A stretch of 64,000 nucleotides of DNA, from assembly GCA_049793195.1 (NCBI GenBank), contig JBARBP010000167.1, positions 1,576 to 65,575 on the forward strand. Direction: 5' to 3'. Origin of the DNA: Terracidiphilus sp. Lineage in GTDB: Bacteria; Acidobacteriota; Terriglobia; Terriglobales; Acidobacteriaceae. The notes under the pieces are model-generated. The model was given only the letters and a program-made list of their open reading frames with translations. It was not told the DNA's origin and did not search any database. A program made the position numbers and the translations under genes. This document shows positions 1 through 8,946 of this stretch, in pieces. Positions within the stretch are counted from its first letter, which is position 1, and every line of letters starts with the position of its first letter.

Positions 1-1
1 T

Positions 2-370
2 GAAGAAGCAGGTGTGGGACCGGAAGATATTGACGTCGCGGAGGTCCACGATGCCTTTTCAATCGCTGAGATCCTCTACTATGAAGCCTTCGGCTTTTGC
101 GGGCGCGGAGAGGCCGGGCGGCTCATCGAAAGCGGGAACACGGAGATTGGTGGTAAAGTGGCGGTCAATCCATCTGGCGGCCTGTTGTCGAAAGGGCATC
201 CGATCGGGGCTACCGGCGCGGCGCAAGTTGTGGAGATCGTCCGGCAGCTACGCGGGCATTGCCGGGATAGACAAGTCCCCAACGCCCGCCTGGGATTGGC
301 CCATGCCACAGGTGGGGGCATCTCCGGTTTTGATCACGGTGCTTGCTCGATTCATATTCTTTCAAACTAG
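2..370 (+). CDS. thiolase-family protein, C-terminal part only (5' end outside window)
   Basis: Frame is open from base 2. Translation [32 protein letters not shown]...[20 protein letters not shown]...ATGGG carries thiolase C-terminal hallmarks (HDAF, NPSGG, GHPxGATG). Stop TAG 368-370. Confidence 0.8.
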   Translation, partial: EEAGVGPEDIDVAEVHDAFSIAEILYYEAFGFCGRGEAGRLIESGNTEIGGKVAVNPSGGLLSKGHPIGATGAAQVVEIVRQLRGHCRDRQVPNARLGLAHATGGGISGFDHGACSIHILSN

Positions 371-409
371 AGCAAGAGGATTTCTGTCGATCCTGCAGTG
401 CGAGGTCTC

Positions 410-1627
410 ATGTCCGAATCGGTAAGTAAGCCCCTCTCTGGTATCAGGGTGCTCGACCTGACGCAGTTTCTCTCTGGACCATACTGCACACAGATCTTGA
501 GCGATCTTGGCGCCGACGTCGTAAAGGTCGAATCGCCCGAGGGAGATCTCGCGAGGCACATCCCACCGCACTTTGTTGGTAGCGACAGCGTGTACTTTCT
601 TGCTGTAAACCGCGGTAAAAAGAGCATTGCGGTCGACCTGAGATCCACTGAAGGTCAGAGGGTGGTATGCGATTTGGTTCAAGCTAACGACATTGTGGTC
701 GAAAATTTTCGTCCGGGTGTTCTCGCCCGGTTGGGAATTTCGGCGGAGGCACTTCGTAAGAAAAAGCCTTCGTTAATCTGGTGCTCCATTAGTGGATTCG
801 GTCAGGATGGCCCATATCGCGACAAACCGGCCTACGACATGATTGTTCAAGCAATGTCAGGCGGGATGAGCCTGACAGGTGAAGAGGGTGGCTCAGCGGT
901 CAGAGCAGGAATCCCGATCGGCGATATCTGCGCCGGCCTGTACGGCGCAATCGGCATTCTTGCGGCGCTCAATCGTCGCAACAATACCGGGCTCGGCGAT
1001 TACATCGATGTTGCCATGCTCGATTGCCAAGCTGCGATGCTGTCCTATCAAGCGGCTTACCACCTGCACTCAGGTGAGACGCCAAAGCGCCAAGGAACCG
1101 GGCACGATTCTATACCGACCTATCGCACATTTCCCGCTTCGGATGAACGGGATGTGGTCGTTACTGCGAATACGGAACGAATGTGGCAAGGCCTATGCCG
1201 CGCGCTTAACCTGAATAGTCTGATTGACGACCCCGAATTCAAATCGAACAAGATGCGATTTGCAAATCGACACAAACTGTGGCCGATCCTTGGCGAGGCG
1301 TTTCGCGGAAAGCCGGCTTCGGAGTGGGTGACGCTGCTGGAAAAGGAGCAAGTGCCGGTGGCGGTGGTCAATGATATTGCGCAGGTTGTTCAGGACCCGC
1401 AGATACGCTATCGAAATATGGTAGTTACGCTCCGCCGCAACGAGAACGCTGTTCGTGTGATGGGCGACCCGATCGTCCTGGAAAGTTCCGATAGGGTCAA
1501 CCATGGGTTTCCACCAGAACTCGGACAAGACACGGTGAGCATACTCGCGGAGATCTTAGGACTCGATCAAGATCACATTGACGACCTAATCAATCGAGGC
1601 ATCGTCTCTCGATTCAAAGGTGCGTAG
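410..1627 (+). CDS. family III CoA-transferase (CaiB/BaiF type)
   Basis: N-terminus MSESVSKPLSGIRVLDLTQFLSGPYCTQILSDLGADVVKVESPEGD is the typical family-III signature. ATG 410 is preceded by GAGG (402-405). GTG 398 is an alternative start. Confidence 0.9.
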   Translation: MSESVSKPLSGIRVLDLTQFLSGPYCTQILSDLGADVVKVESPEGDLARHIPPHFVGSDSVYFLAVNRGKKSIAVDLRSTEGQRVVCDLVQANDIVVENFRPGVLARLGISAEALRKKKPSLIWCSISGFGQDGPYRDKPAYDMIVQAMSGGMSLTGEEGGSAVRAGIPIGDICAGLYGAIGILAALNRRNNTGLGDYIDVAMLDCQAAMLSYQAAYHLHSGETPKRQGTGHDSIPTYRTFPASDERDVVVTANTERMWQGLCRALNLNSLIDDPEFKSNKMRFANRHKLWPILGEAFRGKPASEWVTLLEKEQVPVAVVNDIAQVVQDPQIRYRNMVVTLRRNENAVRVMGDPIVLESSDRVNHGFPPELGQDTVSILAEILGLDQDHIDDLINRGIVSRFKGA

Positions 1628-1678
1628 TTTTCACAGTCATGCGCGACGGATTCGAAGCACGAAACAGAGAGGCCCGAA

Positions 1679-2479
1679 TTGGACTTGAAGCTTACCAACA
1701 AGAAGGTGCTGATTACCGGCGCTTCAAAGGGAATTGGAGCTGCCCTCGCCGAATCGTTTGCGACGGAGGGCGCGCACGTGGTGTTGAACGCCCGCAATGA
1801 GGCGATGCTTGAAAGCCAGGCCCAGAGTCTGCGTTCGAGATTCCAGGTGCGCGTGGAAACACATCCTGCCGATTTACGAATTTCGGAACAGCTTGCAAAG
1901 CTGGCGGCAGATTGCGCTGATATCGACATTCTCGTCAACAACGCCGGGGATATTCAAGGGGGGTCAATACTCACTCTCGATGAAAATATGTGGCGGCATT
2001 CGTGGGATTTGAAGGTATTTGGCTATATTAATCTCACCCGTCTTGCCTATGCGGAAATGAAGCGGCGTGGCTCTGGTGTCATTGTCAACAACATCGGCGC
2101 TGCTGGGGAGCATTCCAATTTCGACTACATTGCGGGTAGCGCAGCAAATGCGGCATTGATGAGCTTTACTCGCGCTTTGGGATCGAAGAGTTTGTTCGAC
2201 AACATTCGCGTGGTGGGGGTGAACCCCGGCCCAGTGGCCACGGAAAGGTCGGTTTCGTTGAAGCGCATGGAGGCGTCCAGAAGGTGGGGAGACCCGGAGC
2301 GCTACGCCGAGATTTATGAGGAGATGCCGCTGGGACGTCCGGCAAAGGCTAGCGAGGTCGCCGATCTGATTGTCTTTCTCGCATCTGAAAAGGCGAGCTA
2401 TATCAGCGGGTCGATCCATACCATCGATGGAGGCGGCGGGGTGAAAGCTCAAGGAGCTGAGGTCAGCAACAAGAAGTAG
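1679..2479 (+). CDS. short-chain dehydrogenase/reductase (SDR) family oxidoreductase
   Basis: KKVLITGASKGIGAALA (TGxxxGxG Rossmann motif), LVNNAG, NPGPVATE. TTG start with GAGAGG upstream. Confidence 0.85.
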   Translation: MDLKLTNKKVLITGASKGIGAALAESFATEGAHVVLNARNEAMLESQAQSLRSRFQVRVETHPADLRISEQLAKLAADCADIDILVNNAGDIQGGSILTLDENMWRHSWDLKVFGYINLTRLAYAEMKRRGSGVIVNNIGAAGEHSNFDYIAGSAANAALMSFTRALGSKSLFDNIRVVGVNPGPVATERSVSLKRMEASRRWGDPERYAEIYEEMPLGRPAKASEVADLIVFLASEKASYISGSIHTIDGGGGVKAQGAEVSNKK

Positions 2480-2531
2480 TCCTGGCTTCGAGAAGCGCAG
2501 AAAAGGAAGTGCACTGAAGGAGTGCAAGACG

Positions 2532-2966
2532 ATGAGCTTTGAAAGTGGCGGCAATCATATCTTGGGAGCGGCAGCTGTCCGTTGGGACGAGAACGGACGG
2601 CCGCAATTGATCGGCAGCCATTGCCTGGCTTGCGATGTCCGGCTTTCGCCGCCGGTTTCAGTCTGCCCAAACTGCGCAAGCGAATCCCTCGAAACTGAAG
2701 AGCAACCACGAACTGGCTTGCTTTACACCTTTACAGTTGTGCGGGTCGGGCCCGCCACTTTGCATCGGCCCTTCGGAATCGGCTACGTCGACCTGCCCAA
2801 CGGGGTGCGTGTGCTGGCGCACCTGAAAGGGGAGAGCTGGACGATCGACCAACCCGTTGTGCTAGACTTTGCCGACGTAGGGGTCGATCCAGAGGGACGC
2901 CCTATTGGCGCACTCGTCTTCCGAGCGCCTGACGAAAGTGTAAACGCGGAAGACCCGCCTGGCTGA
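2532..2966 (+). CDS. DUF35 OB-fold / zinc-ribbon protein (thiolase-associated)
   Basis: CLACDVRLSPPVSVCPNCAS (CxxC...CxxC ribbon) followed by an OB-fold-like segment YTFTVVR...GYVDLPNGVRVLAHL. About 144 aa, typical for the family. Confidence 0.8.
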   Translation: MSFESGGNHILGAAAVRWDENGRPQLIGSHCLACDVRLSPPVSVCPNCASESLETEEQPRTGLLYTFTVVRVGPATLHRPFGIGYVDLPNGVRVLAHLKGESWTIDQPVVLDFADVGVDPEGRPIGALVFRAPDESVNAEDPPG

Positions 2967-3085
2967 CTTTCCCCCCTGCAACTTGCGGCCGCGCAAGACC
3001 GATTCCCCGATTCCCCAAATTACGAACTCGGTCTTAGTTGAGAATTTGACGTCCAGCACGAATTATTCAGGGAGGCCCTCGATCA

Positions 3086-4390
3086 ATGCCAGCGCCGAAA
3101 TATCAAAAGACACCCGTCACCGCAGCTGCCGCCAGCCTCATCGGAAGCACCATTGAGTGGTACGACTTCTATATCTACGCCACAGCAGCGGCGCTTGTGT
3201 TCAAACAGATTTTCTTCCCCGGGTACAGTCCGACAATAGGCACCTTGCTGGCATTCGGGACCTATGCGGTTGGCGCAATCATGCGGCCTCTCGGCGGGAT
3301 TGTTATTGGTCATTACGGAGACCGAGTTGGGCGGAAGGCCATGTTGGTTTGGACGCTAGTGATCATGGGATCGGCGACGGTATTGATTGGGCTTTTACCA
3401 ACCTACGCGAGCATCGGGGTCGCCGCACCAATTCTGCTCCTGCTCTTGCGTTCGGTTCAAGGAGCAGCATTTGGCGGTGAATGGGCCGGCGCGGCGTTGG
3501 TTGCGGTAGAACATGCTCCGGAAAGGAAGGCCGGCATTCTGGGAAGCTTCGCGCAGATGGGTTCCCCCCTTGGCTTGCTTTTGTCTACCGGAACTTTCTC
3601 GCTGCTCAGCGCTCTGACGAAAGAAAACTTCATTACCTGGGGGTGGAGGCTTCCCTTTCTGGCCAGCGCCATTCTCGTCATTGTGGGCTTGGTTATCAGG
3701 CTAAGGTTGCTTGAGTCTCCTGTTTTCGCGGAGGTTCTGGAGAAGAATGACCTTTCGAGATCGCCGGTTGTAGAAGTGTTGCGCGACCACTTCCCGCAAG
3801 TGGCACTAGGATGCGGCATCATTCTTTGCACCGTGGTTGCCTTTCACGTCGAAGCGGTATTCCTGGTGTCGTATGCAACGCAAACAGTGGGCATTCCCCG
3901 TCAGATAGTTTTGAATGCCTTATTGGTAACCTCGGTATTTCAGATAGTGTTGCTTCCCAGCTTCGCGATCCTGGGCGATCGGCTCGGCATTAAAACGGTT
4001 GCGTTGTTTGGCGCCATCATGACTGGGCTATGCGCGTTCCCTTTCTTTTGGCTCGTGGATTTGGGGACACCGCGCAGTGTCGCCGGCGGCATGTGCCTGG
4101 GTTTGATCGGGATCGCGGCTCTGTTTTCGGTCCTGCCGCCCTTGGTGTCGAGCCTATTTCATCCCCGTCTGCGCTACAGCGGAATGTCGCTTAGTTATGG
4201 CGTCGCGGCCGGCGTGGTTGGGGGCATCAGCCCCTTGTTGAGCACCGCCCTATATGCGTGGGCAAAAGCGGCTTGGCCGATCGCCCTGCTGGTGCTGCTC
4301 GCAAGCCTGATCAGCGCCGTGTCGATCGTATTGAGTTCAACCCGTGGTTTGACTCGCAGATCCGAACTCGCTCACGCGCCGGCGGGTTAG
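3086..4390 (+). CDS. MFS transporter, metabolite:H+ symporter (MHS)-like
   Basis: GSTIEWYDFYIYATAAALVF and GHYGDRVGRKAML motifs. Hydrophobic throughout. RBS GGGAGG at 3070-3075. Confidence 0.85.
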   Translation: MPAPKYQKTPVTAAAASLIGSTIEWYDFYIYATAAALVFKQIFFPGYSPTIGTLLAFGTYAVGAIMRPLGGIVIGHYGDRVGRKAMLVWTLVIMGSATVLIGLLPTYASIGVAAPILLLLLRSVQGAAFGGEWAGAALVAVEHAPERKAGILGSFAQMGSPLGLLLSTGTFSLLSALTKENFITWGWRLPFLASAILVIVGLVIRLRLLESPVFAEVLEKNDLSRSPVVEVLRDHFPQVALGCGIILCTVVAFHVEAVFLVSYATQTVGIPRQIVLNALLVTSVFQIVLLPSFAILGDRLGIKTVALFGAIMTGLCAFPFFWLVDLGTPRSVAGGMCLGLIGIAALFSVLPPLVSSLFHPRLRYSGMSLSYGVAAGVVGGISPLLSTALYAWAKAAWPIALLVLLASLISAVSIVLSSTRGLTRRSELAHAPAG

Positions 4391-4466
4391 CACGCCGGCT
4401 CAATTGTCGACTGGTCAAATTACGACAGGTTGCTAACCGCAATTTTTTCTACTTGAGGAACATGAA

Positions 4467-5315
4467 ATGAAGTTTGTCAGCTTTCGATTTCAGGGGGAGT
4501 GCTATTCCGGCGTACTGGAAGAGAGTCGAGTCGTGCCGCTCCTGGACCCCACATCGGGCGAATCTGTGTCATTGCAAGACGCTATTGAACGGGGATTATC
4601 CGTCGCTAACGTCGGCGACTTTTCGGATAAGCAGAGATCCATGGCTTTGAATGAGATCGACATTCTGCCCCCCATCATTCATCCCCGGAAGATCGTCTGT
4701 GTAGGTACCAATTACGAAAGCCACCGGGTCGAGACTGGACGCGAGAAAACGACAAAACCTCCCCTCTTTTTGCGAACTGCCGAGTCCCTGGCGGCGCATG
4801 GTGCGCCCTTACTGTGCCCGCTGGAATCCACAATGTTCGATTTCGAAGGAGAGATCGCGGTCGTCATGGGCAGATCCGCGCGACGCGTACCGAAGGAGTC
4901 GGCTCTCGATTACGTGTTTGGCTATAGCTGTTTCAACGATGCCAGTGTGCGCGATTGGCAGCGCCACACCCATCAATGGACGCCCGGCAAGAATTTCGAT
5001 GCCACCGGCGGATTTGGACCGTATTTAGTTACCAAAGATGAGGTGGGGCCACCTGAAGATTTGCATTTGACGACAAGGCTGAATGGGCAAATCGTACAGG
5101 ATGCCTGCGGCCAACAAATGATCTTCTCGATCCCCGAGATCATCGAGTACGTCTCCACCTTTATGACCCTGCGAGCGGGAGATGTGATCGCATCGGGTAC
5201 GCCGGGGGGAGTTGGCGCACTTCGCGATCCCCCACTCTTCATGAAGTCGGGTGATCGCATCGAAGTCGAGGTTTCACGCGTGGGTTTGCTTTCGAACCCA
5301 GTCATGGCTGGATGA
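4467..5315 (+). CDS. fumarylacetoacetate hydrolase (FAH) family protein
   Basis: KIVCVGTNYESH, FDFEGEIAVVMGR, WTPGKNFD, GDVIASGTPGGVG. GAGGA lies 7 nt upstream of the ATG. Confidence 0.9.
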   Translation: MKFVSFRFQGECYSGVLEESRVVPLLDPTSGESVSLQDAIERGLSVANVGDFSDKQRSMALNEIDILPPIIHPRKIVCVGTNYESHRVETGREKTTKPPLFLRTAESLAAHGAPLLCPLESTMFDFEGEIAVVMGRSARRVPKESALDYVFGYSCFNDASVRDWQRHTHQWTPGKNFDATGGFGPYLVTKDEVGPPEDLHLTTRLNGQIVQDACGQQMIFSIPEIIEYVSTFMTLRAGDVIASGTPGGVGALRDPPLFMKSGDRIEVEVSRVGLLSNPVMAG

Positions 5316-5344
5316 TTTTCAACTCTATTGGAATCGAGGTAACA

Positions 5345-6193
5345 ATGTTTTCCTATCCTTTGCAAGTCGATGGAACACTAACGCGAGTTATACAGGCGGG
5401 TCTGAGCGGCGCACCCGTGGTTCTTGTTCACGGCACCGCCGCGCGTGCCGATCGCTGGGTTCGGAATCTCGAGCCGCTGGCCGAAGCCGGATTTAGAACT
5501 TACGCAATTGACCTGCCGGGGCACGGCTTCGCCGAGAAAAGCGCGTCCTTCGACCATTCCGTTCCCAGGTATGCAAACTTTCTTTCTAGCTTCATAGAAG
5601 GACTTGACGCGCCCAAGGTCACCCTCGTCGGGACATCGCTCGGCGGCCATGTGGCAGCACTCTGCGCAACCCTGCATCCGGATAGGATAAATGGCGTGGC
5701 GCTGGTGGGTTCTATGGGCTTGGTCCCTGTCGGCGAAGAGACGCGTCTGCGCATTCAAACTGGGGCGTCCAATCAAGCGCGAGATTTTGTGACTCAGAAA
5801 TTACGCCGCGTCATCGTGGACCAGGCGTTGGTCACCGAAAGTTTGATAGAAGAGGAGTTCATTATCAACAACTCCCCGGGCGCGACTGATGCCCTGAAGA
5901 AACTTGGTCAGTACATTGCCACAGATCTCGACAATGATGTTATTGGAGAAAAGTTGAACGAGCTGCCTCCCGATATTCCTATCTTGCTGGTCTGGGGAGA
6001 CCAGGATAAGACGGTACCTCTCACCGCGGGACTCGCCGCCCACAAACTAATTCATCGATCGAAACTTGTAGTGTTGAAGGGCGTGGCGCATACCAGTTAC
6101 TTCGAGGATCCCGTGTCCTTTAATCAAGTTCTGATCGATTTCATGCAAGGGCAACTTGGCAAACATGTCAGTGAGCGTGTCGAGTATCTGTAG
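5345..6193 (+). CDS. alpha/beta hydrolase (meta-cleavage-product hydrolase-like)
   Basis: VVLVHGTAARADRW, nucleophile elbow GTSLGGH, WGDQDKTVP, AHTSYFEDP. ATG 5345 has GAGG upstream. Alternative ATG 5312 overlaps the FAH stop (ATGA). Confidence 0.8.
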   Translation: MFSYPLQVDGTLTRVIQAGLSGAPVVLVHGTAARADRWVRNLEPLAEAGFRTYAIDLPGHGFAEKSASFDHSVPRYANFLSSFIEGLDAPKVTLVGTSLGGHVAALCATLHPDRINGVALVGSMGLVPVGEETRLRIQTGASNQARDFVTQKLRRVIVDQALVTESLIEEEFIINNSPGATDALKKLGQYIATDLDNDVIGEKLNELPPDIPILLVWGDQDKTVPLTAGLAAHKLIHRSKLVVLKGVAHTSYFEDPVSFNQVLIDFMQGQLGKHVSERVEYL

Positions 6194-6349
6194 GTTGTCT
6201 CTGGATCGGTCGAGCGGTGTTTGAAGGAAGCTGCAGTGCGGGCGCTGCGCTGGAAGGCCCGCAACTTCAAGGTAGGCAATCCTCCGGTTCTGGACAATAT
6301 TGGCGTTTTGGCGTACGGATAAATCAAGACATTACGTAACGAGGCGGCA

Positions 6350-7618
6350 ATGACTGAACGTGAAATCGTTTTTATCAACGCTAACGTGTTCGATGGTTCG
6401 GGACGCGAGCCGTTTCGAGGAACCGTGCATGTGCGCGCCAACCGAATCGTGAAGGTTAGCGATGGCCCCCGTCCGATGGATCATTCTCCAGAGGCGACCG
6501 TTGTCGATTGTGGCGGCGGGACACTCATGCCTGGCCTCATTGAACCCCATGGCCACCTGAGTTTTACCAACGGCCGAGCCGTGGAATTTACGTTCATGCC
6601 GGTCGAGGAGACCATGATGGCCACCATGCACCATGCCAAGCTGGCTCTCGACTGTGGGTACACGAGTGTTTTTTCGGCCGCCTCCGCCAAGCCGCGGATT
6701 GACGTGGTGCTCAAGCGCGAGATCGAGTCCGGTCGAATACCGGGGCCAAGGTATCTCGCGTGCAGCCCCGAGTTGACGGTTACAGGTGGGCTTGGTGACA
6801 CAAATCAGATGCACCTGCCGCACAATCCGGGGACCACCTTTTCCTGGGTCGTCGATGGCAAGGACGAGATCCTTCGCGCGTGTCGAATGTTCGCGCGAGA
6901 AGGGGTCGATACATTGAAGGTGCATTTGTCCGGGGACTTGGGTGCGTCGAGCGCGCCGTCGGAGCAGACCCCGTTTTCAGACGAGGAACTTGCCGCCGTG
7001 GTTGAGGTTGCTCGATCACGCGAGCTTCGGATTGTTTGCCACGCACGCAGTGCAACCTCTGTCGTGAGGGCACTGCGCTACGGGATCAAAATTATCAATC
7101 ACGCAAATTATATCGATAGCGAGGCCCTGGAAGCACTGGAGCGTGCAAAGGACAGCGTCGTTGTGATCCCGGCAATAGGCGTGACCCACTCCTTTGCGTA
7201 CGCTGACGGACGATGGAATATTCCTCCTTCCCTTTCGCGGAAATTCCAAACCGAGCTCGAAGCGACGATCTCATCGGTCGAGAAAATGCGAAAGCGTGGT
7301 ATTCGTGTTTTGCCTGGAGGCGACTACGGCTTCGTCTGCACACCCCACGGCGACTATGCGCGTGACCTCTGGCTTTTTGTAGAAGTGTTAGGCTTCACAC
7401 CGCTGGAGACGCTGGTGGCGGCAACTCGTCACGCAGCCGTTGTTATGGGAATGTACGACGAAATCGGCGTGATAAAGGAGAACGCGCTCGCCGATCTGTT
7501 ACTGATCGATGGAGATCCCCTTGACGACATTTCCATACTTCAAGATAGGGCGAAACTGTTGATGATCATGAAGGATGGCGAGCTTCACAAGGCTCCCCCG
7601 TCATCACGACTGAGATAG
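6350..7618 (+). CDS. amidohydrolase-family metal-dependent hydrolase
   Basis: MPGLIEPHGHLSF (HxH metal motif), later VCHARS and LPGGDYG segments. GAGG upstream of the ATG. Confidence 0.85.
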   Translation: MTEREIVFINANVFDGSGREPFRGTVHVRANRIVKVSDGPRPMDHSPEATVVDCGGGTLMPGLIEPHGHLSFTNGRAVEFTFMPVEETMMATMHHAKLALDCGYTSVFSAASAKPRIDVVLKREIESGRIPGPRYLACSPELTVTGGLGDTNQMHLPHNPGTTFSWVVDGKDEILRACRMFAREGVDTLKVHLSGDLGASSAPSEQTPFSDEELAAVVEVARSRELRIVCHARSATSVVRALRYGIKIINHANYIDSEALEALERAKDSVVVIPAIGVTHSFAYADGRWNIPPSLSRKFQTELEATISSVEKMRKRGIRVLPGGDYGFVCTPHGDYARDLWLFVEVLGFTPLETLVAATRHAAVVMGMYDEIGVIKENALADLLLIDGDPLDDISILQDRAKLLMIMKDGELHKAPPSSRLR

Positions 7619-7626
7619 GGCAAAAA

Positions 7627-8598
7627 ATGAACATTTTAGACGCTCCATCCAGCTGCCGAAGCTGCACGTTCTTGACGAAATGCTTCGGAAAGAATGACGA
7701 ATCTGTCGCGCGGTCGACCGTACTGCCGAATGAATGGAAGACATACCCCCTGCAACTCGGGGACACGTTTGTTCGGGTACTGAGCCGTGGTGACAAGGGT
7801 CCGCCGATTGTGTTCGTCCATGGTCCGGGCGGTAGTGCTGACCGATGGGCTTTCAACCTTAACGCTTTTTATCAGGCCGGCTACCGTGCTCTTGCGTTAG
7901 ATTTGCCCGGACATGGTCTCGCCTCGAAGACGCCTGAGGAGCCGTTTTCAGTTCCCGAGTATGCACGAGTCCTCGCCACCTTCTTAGACAAGCTAGCTGA
8001 GCCGGCAGTTCTCGTCGGGGCTTCGGTAGGCGCCCATATTGCTGCCTATTGCGCGACTCAAACGCCGGGTCGAGTGAAAGCGCTTGTGCTCGTGAGCGGT
8101 GGCGGCGCCATTCCCTTGGGCTCCGAACACCGTGAGCGGTTGCGACGGATCATGACGTATCGATCGCGAGAGGGCGGGCTGGAAAGGCTCCGGCGTTGTT
8201 TGTTTGACCCTCGCCTCGCGGCTGGCGACATTGTAGAGCAAGAGTTTAGGCTCAATACCTCTCCGGGCGCGAAGGAATGCCTGCATGCTTTTGGAGATTA
8301 CATCGCAGAAGAGATCGACAGTGATGTGGTGGGAGTGAGGCTGCAAGAGCTGGCCACGCAAATTCCCTGTCTTGTCGTATGGGGCGCGGACGACAAAGTA
8401 CTGCCGAGTACATTTGGCAATGCAATGCAAGCCGCTATTGGAGGGGCTTCACAATTCATCGCAATCAAGAACACCGGCCATGCTCCTTATTTCGAAAGAC
8501 CCTGGGAGTTCAATCAGACATTGTTGCGCTTCCTTGGAACACCAAAGAACAAGCATGAAACTTCTGATCAGGAGATGCACCGAGAGAGTTTCAGCTAA
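7627..8598 (+). CDS. alpha/beta hydrolase, paralogue of 5345-6193
   Basis: IVFVHGPGGSADRW, GASVGAH (GxSxG), WGADDKVLP, GHAPYFERP. Same motif order as the upstream paralogue. Start uncertain (about 35-aa Cys-containing N-terminal extension). Confidence 0.8.
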   Translation: MNILDAPSSCRSCTFLTKCFGKNDESVARSTVLPNEWKTYPLQLGDTFVRVLSRGDKGPPIVFVHGPGGSADRWAFNLNAFYQAGYRALALDLPGHGLASKTPEEPFSVPEYARVLATFLDKLAEPAVLVGASVGAHIAAYCATQTPGRVKALVLVSGGGAIPLGSEHRERLRRIMTYRSREGGLERLRRCLFDPRLAAGDIVEQEFRLNTSPGAKECLHAFGDYIAEEIDSDVVGVRLQELATQIPCLVVWGADDKVLPSTFGNAMQAAIGGASQFIAIKNTGHAPYFERPWEFNQTLLRFLGTPKNKHETSDQEMHRESFS

Positions 8599-8946
8599 CG
8601 TCCTGCAGGGCTAGCCTGCACATCTCATAGGGTGTAGCAACGTCGTGAGGGTAGCGCTAAGTCGTGACGTCCGGTACTAACGCCGAATCTAACTCAGCTT
8701 GAATAGATTGATACCACGACTTACTTCCTCTGCATTGCGAACTCCCGTGCTCTAGAAAGGGGCCACCCAGAGCGAGACATGCATGCAGACCTACACCGTT
8801 TCACAAGCATGCCGGTAAACAATTCGCTGCTTAGTTTGCGCCACTCGATAAATATCAATCTCGGATCGATATCCTCGGTATACCCGACGCTGCCGCGCAG
8901 CAATCCATCGGGCCTGGATCGATTCCCGGACGCCGGATCGGACATG

